Shown: positions 27,611 to 37,520 of the stretch, piece by piece
Layout of the letters: each line of letters starts with the position of its first letter
How positions within the stretch are numbered: the stretch's first letter is position 1
Assembly (NCBI GenBank): GCA_965195285.1
Contig: CBDAFS010000049.1
Span: 1-64,000 of the forward strand
Length of the DNA: 64,000 nucleotides
Reading direction: 5' to 3'
Source: an uncultured Aminicenantes bacterium
Lineage (GTDB): Bacteria; Acidobacteriota; Aminicenantia; UBA2199
Notes under the pieces: model-generated
Database searches by the model: none
Told to the model about the DNA's origin: nothing
The model's input: only the letters and a program-made list of their open reading frames with translations
Made by a program: the position numbers and the translations under genes

Positions 27611-28627
27611 ATGAAGCGAGTCATAATTCTTCTTTTCATTTTGTTTACAATAGCAGTATCATTCATGAGGCCGACGGAAATCAAATTCAAAGGGCTGGCT
27701 CAGACCTGGTTTTATTACATAGAACAGAATTCAAGTGAAAATGATGTTTATGGATTTACATTAAGGAGAGTTCGATTCAAACCATATGGTTCTTTTTCGA
27801 ACTCTATCAATTGGACACTGCAGTTTGGATGGGATATGCAAGTCGCCAGATTACTGGATGCCTATCTCGATTTTCAAATATTTAGAAACCTTCAGTTTAG
27901 AATCGGTCAATTCACTGTTCCCGGTTCAATATCCAGTTCTTTAACTTCTTCCGGAGAGCTTGATCTGATCGAAAGATGTGAAATCACTCTTAAATGGGGT
28001 AGAGACAGCGGGCTTTCCAGTTATCGGGCTGTTGGAGCTCAAATACACGGTAAGCTTATACAAAATAAACTTTACTACGCATTTATGATTGCAAATCCGA
28101 GAACCTATGGAATTTTTACTCCAAGTCTGAAAGAAACTGAATATATTAATGAAAATGATGGGAATGCTCTATGGGGAAGAATTCAGGCAACCCTCCTTGA
28201 TGGATTAAAATGTGGCGCTTTTTTTGGAGTCGGCCAGGAAGGAACCAATGAAATAAAGAGAAGTTCTTATGGCGTTCACCTGTTTTTTGTCAAAAACGGA
28301 ATTAATTTGAAAATGGAATATATCTACGGTCAAGTCATTGAAAGTGAGCAAAAAAAAATCTACAAAGGGTTATATCTTCTTTTGGGATACCGAATAAATA
28401 AATTTGAACCCATTATAAGATATAATTTTTATGTTCCGAATCAAGGAGATATGGATGATTACGGAGTGAAAAAATATAAGGCCTTTACCATGGGTTTCAA
28501 CTATTTTCATAATAAAAATATCAAGGGGCAGGTAAATTATGTGATAAGGAATGGATCCATGGCTGAGGGATTCGATGAATCGATAAAAAGCAATATTTTT
28601 TACATTAACCTTCAATTTTCTTTTTGA
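27611..28627 (+). CDS. Outer-membrane porin, OprO/OprP anion-selective type
   Basis: Signal peptide, FTLRRVRF, LLDAYLD, FRIGQFTVP, GFNYF, terminal QFSF. Confidence 0.75.
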   Translation: MKRVIILLFILFTIAVSFMRPTEIKFKGLAQTWFYYIEQNSSENDVYGFTLRRVRFKPYGSFSNSINWTLQFGWDMQVARLLDAYLDFQIFRNLQFRIGQFTVPGSISSSLTSSGELDLIERCEITLKWGRDSGLSSYRAVGAQIHGKLIQNKLYYAFMIANPRTYGIFTPSLKETEYINENDGNALWGRIQATLLDGLKCGAFFGVGQEGTNEIKRSSYGVHLFFVKNGINLKMEYIYGQVIESEQKKIYKGLYLLLGYRINKFEPIIRYNFYVPNQGDMDDYGVKKYKAFTMGFNYFHNKNIKGQVNYVIRNGSMAEGFDESIKSNIFYINLQFSF

Positions 28628-28750
28628 TTCCGAACTCCGAATGAATTTTGATGGAACCACTCTTACACGAGATTCAATTATTGATATTTTTTTAAAATAT
28701 TTTGTTGAATGGTTGATTTTTTTTTCTGAATAAATTATATACATATAGTG

Positions 28751-28760
28751 TTGTATACAA
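28751..28760. promoter_or_regulatory. Perfect palindrome upstream of the cytochrome c operon (possible operator)
   Basis: TTGTATACAA. Confidence 0.3.
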
Positions 28761-28826
28761 TTGTTTTAAATGTTTGGAATTAGAGTAAATAGATATGAGC
28801 TTGCACATAAAAACTCAGGAGGTAAA

Positions 28827-29321
28827 ATGAAAAAAGCGGTGATGATGATTTTTTGTCTGACATTCTTACTTTCAATGGTTAATTCCGGAGATTTTAAGTA
28901 TGTGGGTGTGAAGAAATGCAAGATGTGCCACAAAGGCGAACGCAAGGGAAATGTATACGAAACATGGATGGAAAAAGCTCATGCCAAGGCATTTGAAACC
29001 TTGAAGAAAGAGGGTCAGGAGAAGAATCCGAAATGCCTGGAATGTCATACGACGGCTTTTAATCAAGGTGGATATAAATTGGATGATCCCAAGGCCTCAA
29101 ACTTCGAGGGGGTTCAGTGTGAATCCTGTCATGGTCCCGGGTCTGTTTTTAAAAAGACCAGTATCATGAAAAACAGAGAAATGGCCTTGAAGAGCGGCTT
29201 GATCGACATCAATGAAAAGACCTGTACGGTTTGCCATGATGGAACCAAATGTGAGCATGCCAAGGGGTTTGATTACCAGAAGGGCCTGAAGACGATTGAT
29301 CACACCTATACCAAGAAATAA
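28827..29321 (+). CDS. Periplasmic tetraheme c-type cytochrome (c554-like)
   Basis: Signal peptide, YVG-CKMCH, CLECH, GVQCESCHGPG, CTVCH; AGGAGG RBS. Confidence 0.88.
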   Translation: MKKAVMMIFCLTFLLSMVNSGDFKYVGVKKCKMCHKGERKGNVYETWMEKAHAKAFETLKKEGQEKNPKCLECHTTAFNQGGYKLDDPKASNFEGVQCESCHGPGSVFKKTSIMKNREMALKSGLIDINEKTCTVCHDGTKCEHAKGFDYQKGLKTIDHTYTKK

Positions 29322-29368
29322 AGTCTGAATACCAGTTTTTAAATAATATTATTTATCCGAGAAGATCT

Positions 29369-29974
29369 GTGTCTAAACTCATTGTATTCCTGCTTATTTT
29401 AAGTTTGGCAATTTCCTGTAACCGGGAAGATGAAGTCCGCCAATATGTTGAAACCGAGGCGGATCCCCCTGTTTCTGATACTGTAACCAATAAAGAAGCA
29501 GGCCGGACAGTTCCGGAATTGAACTGGAAAATCCCCCAGGATTGGACTGAAAAAAAGGGTACCGGTCTCCGTCTGGCGACCCTTGTCATGGGCGGGAAGG
29601 AAAACCCGGCCGTATGTACGGTGGTGGGTTTGACGGGTGATGGGGGAGGAATCGAAGCCAATATCAAAAGGTGGATGGGCCAGTTGAGTATTTCCTCCGA
29701 ATTGGATAGCGAGAAGAAATTGGACCGGTTTCTTTCCCGACAAAATAAAATAAAGATTTCCGGGGAGCTCTCCGGTCTCTTTATCGATTTTACCGACCTG
29801 GCCCGGTCCCCGGATAGTCTGTTCATGTTGATAACGGTTTTTCAGCTTCCCGATAAAACGATATTTGTAAAAATGATGGATAAAAAAGTCGTGCTATCCA
29901 GGCACAGAAACCATTACCTCAGCTTTATCCGGTCGTTCGAGGTCTCCAAAGGAAATGATGTTGAAAAAAATTAG
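29369..29974 (+). CDS. Hypothetical lipoprotein in the cytochrome c maturation operon
   Basis: Lipobox AISC; WKIPQDW, ANIKRWMGQL; GTG start. Confidence 0.65.
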   Translation: MSKLIVFLLILSLAISCNREDEVRQYVETEADPPVSDTVTNKEAGRTVPELNWKIPQDWTEKKGTGLRLATLVMGGKENPAVCTVVGLTGDGGGIEANIKRWMGQLSISSELDSEKKLDRFLSRQNKIKISGELSGLFIDFTDLARSPDSLFMLITVFQLPDKTIFVKMMDKKVVLSRHRNHYLSFIRSFEVSKGNDVEKN

Positions 29975-31097
29975 CCGCCAGCCCCTGATCAAGTTCCTGG
30001 CTTCTCCGAAATTGACCGTCATTTGCCTGTTTCTGCTGTTGATGGTTGTGATCTGGGGTACGGTCTATCAGGTTGATTACGGGCTTTACGCCTCCCAGCA
30101 GAAGTTCTTTTATTCATGGTTTGTTTTTCTGTTTGGGGTTTTGCCCATCCCCGGTATTGTTCTGATTTTCTGGGTTTTATTCTTGAATGTTTTAAGTGCA
30201 ATGTTTTTTAGGATTCCCCTGAAATGGTCCAATACCGGAAATATCCTGATCCATGCGGGGATTCTGATTTTTTTTGTGGGCAGTTTTTTTACTTACCATT
30301 TTTCACAGGAATCCATGATCAATTTACGGGAAGGCGAGGAGAAACATTTCTCGGTTTCCAGCCGGAATTGGGAATTAGCAGTCTGGGCAGCCGGAGATAG
30401 GAGAAAAGTCGTATATGCGGTTGATACGGACCGGCTGGATCCTGAAGACCGGATACGAATTGAACCCCTGGGACTGGTAATCCGGGTGTTGGAATACCAT
30501 AAAAATTCCGTGCCCCGCCTGATGAATAATGGGAATATTGGTGGTCGAATCCTCAATGCTTCCGGAATACAGGACCTGAAACCGGAGCCCCAGCAAAAAG
30601 AGCCTTCCAATAACCGGGCCGGATTGATATTTTCTATTGAAACTCCGGAGAGGGTTCCGTTTAGAATTCTTTTGTATGCAGGGGACAGGAGTCCGACTCG
30701 GGTGAAGATCAATGAGAGCCCGTTTCATTTCTCGCTTCGCAACAAGCGGTTTTTGCTGCCATTCTCTCTGAGGCTCATCGATTTTAATAAGACAGAGTAT
30801 CCTGGTTCCTCCATGGTAAAAAGCTATGAAAGCCGGGTGGAGATGAAAGTCGGGGAGTTATCCCGAGAGGTGATTATTTCCATGAATAATCCCCTGCGGT
30901 ACAAAAATTTCACCCTGTATCAATCCTCCTATTTCATTGCAAAAAACGGAACGGAATACAGCATCTTGGCTGTTGTTGAAAATTTCGGAAAAATTTTTCC
31001 CTATGTTGCCAGCACCATTATTTTCCTGGGATTGTGCATCCATTTTATACTGATGTTATTGAAGAAAAGGAAAAATCAAAGGGATAGTTTCGAATGA
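29955..31097 (+). CDS. resB: ResB/CcsB-like System II cytochrome c biogenesis protein
   Basis: N-terminal TMs with GT, LIHAG His, LPFSLRLIDF, SYES, ISMNNPL...LYQSS, C-terminal TM. Confidence 0.82.
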   Translation: MMLKKISRQPLIKFLASPKLTVICLFLLLMVVIWGTVYQVDYGLYASQQKFFYSWFVFLFGVLPIPGIVLIFWVLFLNVLSAMFFRIPLKWSNTGNILIHAGILIFFVGSFFTYHFSQESMINLREGEEKHFSVSSRNWELAVWAAGDRRKVVYAVDTDRLDPEDRIRIEPLGLVIRVLEYHKNSVPRLMNNGNIGGRILNASGIQDLKPEPQQKEPSNNRAGLIFSIETPERVPFRILLYAGDRSPTRVKINESPFHFSLRNKRFLLPFSLRLIDFNKTEYPGSSMVKSYESRVEMKVGELSREVIISMNNPLRYKNFTLYQSSYFIAKNGTEYSILAVVENFGKIFPYVASTIIFLGLCIHFILMLLKKRKNQRDSFE

Positions 31098-32992
31098 TGA
31101 AAAGATTGGGAAATATATTTTCATTTCTGGTTTTATTCGGGTCACTGGTTTCCATGGGCTGGTCACAGAACGATCAATTGAAAACATCGATCAGTTCCTT
31201 AAAAAATTTGAAAAGGGTGGTGATACTGGAAAACGGAAGAAAAAAACCCCTGGATACCTATGCTCAGAATATATTAAAACAGTTTTCCGGACGGAGTCAG
31301 TTTGACGGAAAACCGGCGATCGTATGGTTGTCAAGGGTTTTACTGGATCCGCAGCAGAGCGTTGATGACCGGGTTTTCCTGATCAATCACCCCCAGGTCC
31401 TCCATTCACTGGGCATCAAAGCCGGTGAAGATCGGGATCGCTACAGCTACTCCCGGTTGGGTAGCTATTTCCCCCGGTTGAAAAGTCTGGCCTTTTCCGC
31501 ATCGAAGCTTGGGGGTGATGAAAGAACAGTGGTGGAGAATGAAATTATCGTACTCTACAATAAATTATATCTGTACCAGCAATTGATCGAGAGTATGCGG
31601 TTTGCCCGGACTCGAAGGGATTTGACCATTGTCAACAACCGGATCAAGAGGTCACTGGGACTTTCGGAAAATCGGGAGGAGTTCACCCAGCTGGAATTGA
31701 TGGAGAGGATAAACCTATTGGATTCTCTCCGGCAGGACATAATGAACAAGCCGGGGGAAAAAAGATCTAAGAGTGATAACGAAACCCTGAAAATTATCCG
31801 GCAATTGGATAAAAACGCATCCCAGGCCGAGTCCCTTCCTTTTATTGTCATTTATGAACCACAAAATCAGACTGAAAACTGGATCAGTCCCCGGGAGTCG
31901 CTGAACAGAAGTTACCGGCTTCATATGCCCATTAAAAAGGAGATCATTCTGTTGGGACAGGTTTCCGAAGCCTTCCTGACCGGTGATCAGGAATTATTTG
32001 ATCGTTCCCTGAGCTCATTTAATGATATGACCTTGAAGGCATTGGAAGGAAAAGTGACCACAGGAAAAATTTCTGCTGAAATTCTATACAATCAAATTGA
32101 TCCGTTTTACCGATCTGAATTTTTCTATGGACTCTCGGTTTTCTTATTGCTGCTCTCTTTTTTATTCTTCAAAAAATGGCTATACAGAAGCAGCTTTGTT
32201 TTACTGGTGGCCGGGCTTATGTTTCATACCTATGGGATGGTTTCCCGAATGGTAGTCATGTCCAGACCTCCGGTCACCAATCTTTATGAAACCTTTGTTT
32301 TTACCGGCTGGATGACGGTTGTCCTGGGGATTATCCTGGAATTTTTCAAGAAGAAAAAGATTGGCATTTTAACCGGAAGTATTTCCGGTATTATCATGCT
32401 TTTAATTGCCGGCAAATATGCCCTGGAAGGCGATACCATGGGGATGCTGGTAGCAGTATTGGATTCGAATTTCTGGCTTTCCACTCATGTGATTACCATT
32501 ACCATTGGTTTTGCCGGAATTGTTATATCCGGTATTATCGGTCATGTGTATGTGTTTCAGATGCTTTTTATTGGCGATAAAAAGGATATTGCAAAGAATA
32601 CCTTTCAGTCCATATATGCCACCCAGGCCTTTGGCCTTATTTTCACTTTTCTGGGAACGGTTATGGGAGGAATGTGGGCCGACCAATCCTGGGGGCGTTT
32701 CTGGGGCTGGGACCCCAAGGAAAACGGGGCTCTGGTGGTGGTTTTGTGGTCGGTTATTCTGTTTCATGCCAAATTGTCAAAATGGATCGGAGAAAAAGAA
32801 TTTTCCCTGGGAACCGTTATCGGAGTCGTTACGGTTGCCCTTTCCTGGTTTGGAATCAATTTGCTGGGCGTGGGGCTTCACAGTTATGGGTTTACCTCGG
32901 GCATTGCCCTGGTCTTGATGGTTTTCATCATCATAGAATTTATATTTGTGTTGGTCAGCGGAATATATCTGAAGAGAAAAACCATCTCTTAA
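31094..32992 (+). CDS. ccsA: CcsA/ResC cytochrome c synthase with large periplasmic domain
   Basis: PVTNLYET, WLSTHV, WADQSWGRFWGWDPKE (WWD domain), GLHSYG. Confidence 0.92.
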   Translation: MMKRLGNIFSFLVLFGSLVSMGWSQNDQLKTSISSLKNLKRVVILENGRKKPLDTYAQNILKQFSGRSQFDGKPAIVWLSRVLLDPQQSVDDRVFLINHPQVLHSLGIKAGEDRDRYSYSRLGSYFPRLKSLAFSASKLGGDERTVVENEIIVLYNKLYLYQQLIESMRFARTRRDLTIVNNRIKRSLGLSENREEFTQLELMERINLLDSLRQDIMNKPGEKRSKSDNETLKIIRQLDKNASQAESLPFIVIYEPQNQTENWISPRESLNRSYRLHMPIKKEIILLGQVSEAFLTGDQELFDRSLSSFNDMTLKALEGKVTTGKISAEILYNQIDPFYRSEFFYGLSVFLLLLSFLFFKKWLYRSSFVLLVAGLMFHTYGMVSRMVVMSRPPVTNLYETFVFTGWMTVVLGIILEFFKKKKIGILTGSISGIIMLLIAGKYALEGDTMGMLVAVLDSNFWLSTHVITITIGFAGIVISGIIGHVYVFQMLFIGDKKDIAKNTFQSIYATQAFGLIFTFLGTVMGGMWADQSWGRFWGWDPKENGALVVVLWSVILFHAKLSKWIGEKEFSLGTVIGVVTVALSWFGINLLGVGLHSYGFTSGIALVLMVFIIIEFIFVLVSGIYLKRKTIS

Positions 32993-32995
32993 AAG

Positions 32996-35900
32996 TTATT
33001 TGTTTTTTTCTTTGTACTCCTCCAGGGTGGGGATGGTAATCGGTTTTATTTTTTGTGTTTTCAATTTCTGGTTAATGGCATCCAGCTCTTGTTTGGCTAT
33101 GGATTTAAATTGAATGCTGGCCTTTTTAACCTCTTTTTCCAGTACCTGCATTCTCTTGAGCTGCGGTTCGGTGGGTTGGCCTCCGTAATTGTTGACCACT
33201 CCGTAAAGGTGGACGACCTTCTCGCGCAGCTGTTCTTCTCCGGTAATTCCCTGGTCCTTGCGGGTGGCTGCCAGCTTTTTATACATATTGTCCAGTTTCC
33301 GGGCCAGTTGTTTCAGTTTCTTTTGCAGGGAGCCTGCCCTTTTCAACTGGGCAGCCCGTTCTTTGGCCTGGTTCCTGACCTGGGTTACACAATATCCGGT
33401 GTAAGCCAGATTTTCCTGCATGTGGTACAATTTCCATACTGTTTCCTGCTGGACTTTGCGGTCTTTTGCTGAGTGGGGATAATCATCACCGAATAGGACT
33501 TTCAACTCGGTAGTATAGGTCTCTTTTCCCTTGGTCAGTTTGATTTTGTAGGTCCCTTCCGGAGTCAGCGGACCCTTCAGGGCGTATCCGGCCAGTCTAC
33601 GGGCAGGCGGCACCTTGGGAGGTTTGTATCTCAGAAACCAGTATACGATATTCATACCGCGGCGTTTTCCTCCGGGCAGGGTTTTCAACAATTTGCCTTC
33701 GGAATCGAATATTTCGAGTTTCATATTGCCGAACATGTGTCGGCGTTTCAGGTAATAGGAGATCTTTCCGACCAGAAGCGGATTGGAACCGACCCACTCT
33801 CCGGATTGAACCTTCCGGTAATCTCCCCCGTAGGTCCTGATATAAACCGGAGACGGTTCAAACAGGTGCACTTTTTTCTGCAGTATTGGCTGGCTGATTT
33901 TCCTCAACAGGGTAATATCATCGATGATATAGATACCCCGGCCATGGGTACCGATAATCAGATCATCCTCACGGGGATGAATGGCCAGGTCGTGGACAGC
34001 TACCGGGGGGAAGTTTCCGGTAAATTGGGCCCATTGCTTTCCGCCGTTAATGGAGATAAACAGGCCGGCTTCGGTGCCCAGAAACAGCAGGTCGGGATTG
34101 ACCAGATCATCCCGGATGACCCGGGCATAACCCTTTATGGAATCAGAACTGAGGGAAGTCCAGTTCTTTCCCAGGTCAGTGGTTTTGTACACATAGGTAT
34201 TCATATCACCGCTTCGGTGACCGTCAAACACGGCATAAGCGGTCTCTGGATCGTGGCGGCTGGCCTGAACAGAGCTGCTCCAGGTATGTCTGGGCAATCC
34301 AATGATATTTGAGATCACATTCTTCCACGTTTTTCCGCTATTCCCGGTGACCTGCAGATTGCCGTCATCGGTGCCGGCCCAGATGATATCGGAATTCTTC
34401 GGAGACACGCTGATGGCATAAATGGTGCAGTGATTTTCAGCAGTGGTATTGTCAATGGTCAATCCTCCGGTCTTTTCCTGTTGCTGCTTTTGGGGATCAT
34501 TGGTGGTGAGGTCCGGCGATAGCTTCTGCCAGGAATCACCGCGGTTTGTGGAACGGAATAAAAACTGGGAGCCCACATAGATGGCCTCTTCGGTTACATG
34601 AATGGGGGTGTTCCAGTTAAACCTGAAGTCCGGCTCTCCGGCTGTGGGGTAGGGCTTGATATCTTTGCTTTCCCGGGTATCACGATGAGTCCGGAAAATA
34701 TTCCCTCCCTGGTATTCACTGTAGACGATATTTTTATCCTTGGGGTCTGCAAAAACGTAAAAACCGTCGCCCCAGCCCACACCGACCCAGTCGCTGTTTT
34801 TGATGCCCCCGGGGCTGCGGGAAGGGCCTGTCCAGGAGCCATTGTCCTGCAATCCCCCGTAAACATAATAGGGATTATCCATATCATAGCTGATTCGGTA
34901 AAATTGGCTGACCGGCAGGTTGTTTAAAAACCGCCAGCCATAACCACGGCTATTGGAAACATAAACCCCGCCATCGGTTCCCAGAATCATGTGTTTCGGA
35001 TTTGAGGGATTGATCCACAGGGCGTGGAAATCAACATGGGGACCCCCTTGAGATTCAAAGGTTTCACCGCTGTCTTTGCTGATACCCAGCACAAAACTTG
35101 GCTTGTACAGGATTTTGTGATTCTGGGGATCGGCAATTAGCAGGTTAAAATAAAAAGGCCTTTCGTTTATGATCGGGGCAGTGGACATTTTTTTCCAGTT
35201 TTCCCCCATGTCAATGGAACGGTAAAGCGCGGTTTTTTTGGATTCAACGATACAAAAGACCATACTGGGACGGACCGGTGAAATGGCAATCGAAATTCGG
35301 CCCAGGTTTCCCCGGGGCAGTCCGTTGTGGATCTTTTTCCAGTTCCGGCCCCCGTCAAGGGAACGGTACAAGCCGCTTCCCGGACCTCCTGAATTGAAAA
35401 AATAGGGATAACGGCGATATTGCCACATGGCCGCATAGAGGATATTCGGTGCTTTCGGGTTTATGGCCAGATCCGCGCAACCGGTGTTCTTATCCACATA
35501 CAATATCTTTTTCCAGGTTTTCCCACCGTCAGAGGTTTTGTAAACCCCCCGCTCCTCATTGGCATTCCACAAATGGCCCATGGCAGCCACATAAACGGTA
35601 TCCGGGTTCTGGGGATTGATCACGACACGGCTGATTCGTTCGGTTTCTTTCAATCCCAGATTTTTCCAGTTGTCACCGCTGTCAGTGGTCTTGTAGATCC
35701 CGTCCCCGACCGAAACACTGTTCCGGGGCCAGCATTCTCCAGTACCCACCCATACGATCTTGGGATTAGACTGATCAATGCATACGGAACCGATACACTG
35801 GTTGTATTTTTCAAAAATCGGTTTGAATGAAACCCCGCCATTGGTTGTTTTCCAAACGCCTCCACCGGCAGCGCCGACATAGAAGATATTGGGGTTTTTA

Positions 35901-36079
35901 TGAACGACATCCAGACAGGAAATTCGGCCACTCATGACTGCCGGACCTATGGGCCTGGCCTTTATGGACCCGAAAATATATTCATCGATTTTAATTGTTT
36001 TTTCGGATTTGGTTTCTGCGTTTACAAATATTGAGGTCATAAACACAGAGATGATGATCAAAAAATAGAATTTTTTCAT
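32996..36079 (-). CDS. Secreted VPS10/sortilin-like BNR-repeat protein
   Basis: IGPAVMSGRI, repeated S/T-x-D-G-G-x-T/N-W Asp-boxes, GGLQDNG, RFNWNTP, GTHGRG. Confidence 0.85.
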   Translation of the reverse strand: MKKFYFLIIISVFMTSIFVNAETKSEKTIKIDEYIFGSIKARPIGPAVMSGRISCLDVVHKNPNIFYVGAAGGGVWKTTNGGVSFKPIFEKYNQCIGSVCIDQSNPKIVWVGTGECWPRNSVSVGDGIYKTTDSGDNWKNLGLKETERISRVVINPQNPDTVYVAAMGHLWNANEERGVYKTSDGGKTWKKILYVDKNTGCADLAINPKAPNILYAAMWQYRRYPYFFNSGGPGSGLYRSLDGGRNWKKIHNGLPRGNLGRISIAISPVRPSMVFCIVESKKTALYRSIDMGENWKKMSTAPIINERPFYFNLLIADPQNHKILYKPSFVLGISKDSGETFESQGGPHVDFHALWINPSNPKHMILGTDGGVYVSNSRGYGWRFLNNLPVSQFYRISYDMDNPYYVYGGLQDNGSWTGPSRSPGGIKNSDWVGVGWGDGFYVFADPKDKNIVYSEYQGGNIFRTHRDTRESKDIKPYPTAGEPDFRFNWNTPIHVTEEAIYVGSQFLFRSTNRGDSWQKLSPDLTTNDPQKQQQEKTGGLTIDNTTAENHCTIYAISVSPKNSDIIWAGTDDGNLQVTGNSGKTWKNVISNIIGLPRHTWSSSVQASRHDPETAYAVFDGHRSGDMNTYVYKTTDLGKNWTSLSSDSIKGYARVIRDDLVNPDLLFLGTEAGLFISINGGKQWAQFTGNFPPVAVHDLAIHPREDDLIIGTHGRGIYIIDDITLLRKISQPILQKKVHLFEPSPVYIRTYGGDYRKVQSGEWVGSNPLLVGKISYYLKRRHMFGNMKLEIFDSEGKLLKTLPGGKRRGMNIVYWFLRYKPPKVPPARRLAGYALKGPLTPEGTYKIKLTKGKETYTTELKVLFGDDYPHSAKDRKVQQETVWKLYHMQENLAYTGYCVTQVRNQAKERAAQLKRAGSLQKKLKQLARKLDNMYKKLAATRKDQGITGEEQLREKVVHLYGVVNNYGGQPTEPQLKRMQVLEKEVKKASIQFKSIAKQELDAINQKLKTQKIKPITIPTLEEYKEKNK

Positions 36080-36096
36080 GCCTGATCTCCTCTTGG

Positions 36097-36855
36097 CTAT
36101 TTCTCCTCTTTTTCGGTTTCCAATGCCTCTTTTTTCTCGGGCATAATAAACATGGAATCATCCAGGTCAAGGTTGATTTCAACCTTTTCCAGAGTGAGTT
36201 GCCTGACCGTGTTGCCGCCCATTTTTATTTCTGTGGAGTGGGGCATGATAAAGCCATGAACCTCTTTGAAATCTCCCTGAAAAGTGTCAATTTCATATTC
36301 CTGCTCACCCCGTTTGACTTTGGATGTGATCTTGATAGGCAGAAAATATTCGGAATCCAGATAGATATACCGAATGTTGCTGCTCTTCATGGTCAGTTTC
36401 AATTTATAGGTTTCGGTTCCTTCGACTTCTTCTTTTCCCATCAGTTCCACCTGGTGGCCTTTTTTCTGATAATCCATCAGGGAACCGTCAATGTCGGCAT
36501 CCTCGGCAAGGTTTTTGGTTTGTTCATCTGAAAGTTTTTGCGGGTCCGGATTACCTCCAAAAGGATAAATTCCCCAGGCAACGATTCCATCAAAGGCCTG
36601 GACCATTTCCATTCCCTGAATAGTGGCATTCAGTCGGAACTTGTTGGGCCTCTTATTGAAAACAATAGCAGGTCCTTCAATACCCTGGGTGGTAAACTTC
36701 AAGGTCAACTTCATGGTATTAATGGATTTTAATTTCTCGTATCCACCCAGTGCCTCATAATGCTTTTTCAATACATCGTCCACGGTGAGGTCGGAACCGA
36801 GAAGGTTCATTGAAATGAGTAAAACAAACCCCAGATAAAGAATTTTTCTAAACAT
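36097..36855 (-). CDS. Exported LolA-like / outer-membrane lipoprotein-sorting family protein
   Basis: Signal peptide, ALGG, KRPNKFR, FDG, YKLKLT, DFKEVHG. Confidence 0.6.
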   Translation of the reverse strand: MFRKILYLGFVLLISMNLLGSDLTVDDVLKKHYEALGGYEKLKSINTMKLTLKFTTQGIEGPAIVFNKRPNKFRLNATIQGMEMVQAFDGIVAWGIYPFGGNPDPQKLSDEQTKNLAEDADIDGSLMDYQKKGHQVELMGKEEVEGTETYKLKLTMKSSNIRYIYLDSEYFLPIKITSKVKRGEQEYEIDTFQGDFKEVHGFIMPHSTEIKMGGNTVRQLTLEKVEINLDLDDSMFIMPEKKEALETEKEEK

Positions 36856-36977
36856 GGTTTTCCTCCTTGTTTTTGAGTATTATTTATTAGAATTTAAAAT
36901 AGGTCATACGTTTATCAAAAAAAAAAGTTTTTTTTGTAGATTTTAAAAAAAGAATATAAAGTATGAGTTTGCCGGGA

Positions 36978-37478
36978 TTATTTTTTCCCGCTTATTTTAT
37001 CAATTTCATCAAGAACCAGTTCAATGATCCTGGGAATTTTTTTCTTGATTTCCGGAGAGAGATGCATCCCGGTCTTCAGGTTTTTGGGTTCGACACCGAT
37101 GACAATGGTTTCCGGGGTATTACCGATCAGGCTGGACAGATTAATCACTTCCAGTATCCCGATCTGATGCACCGAGGTTTTGAAGAGATTCGGACAGTTG
37201 GGCGCGTCATCAATATGAAACCGGTAGATTGAGCCAGGCGAGCCTCCACCCTTCAGGCTGTCAATCACAATCAGATGATTACATGAGGTGATAATATTCA
37301 GTAGGCCGAAGCCAGCGGTTCCGCCTTCAATAATGTTGATTTCCGGGGGGAAGTCTTTTTTCTGAATTTCCTTGATGACATGGATACCCACCCCTTCATC
37401 GCACAGGAGTTCGTTGCCGACCCCTAAAATGGTTATCTTGGGGGAGGGAATATTTCTATTCTTTCCCCTATGTTTCAT
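36978..37478 (-). CDS. Hydrogenase maturation endopeptidase (HyaD/HybD family)
   Basis: LGVGNELLCDEGVG, GGT, VIDS, SVHQ. Confidence 0.9.
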   Translation of the reverse strand: MKHRGKNRNIPSPKITILGVGNELLCDEGVGIHVIKEIQKKDFPPEINIIEGGTAGFGLLNIITSCNHLIVIDSLKGGGSPGSIYRFHIDDAPNCPNLFKTSVHQIGILEVINLSSLIGNTPETIVIGVEPKNLKTGMHLSPEIKKKIPRIIELVLDEIDKISGKK

Positions 37479-37520
37479 GTTTCAAATCTAACCAAATCTT
37501 TTTTGTTTGATAATGATGCT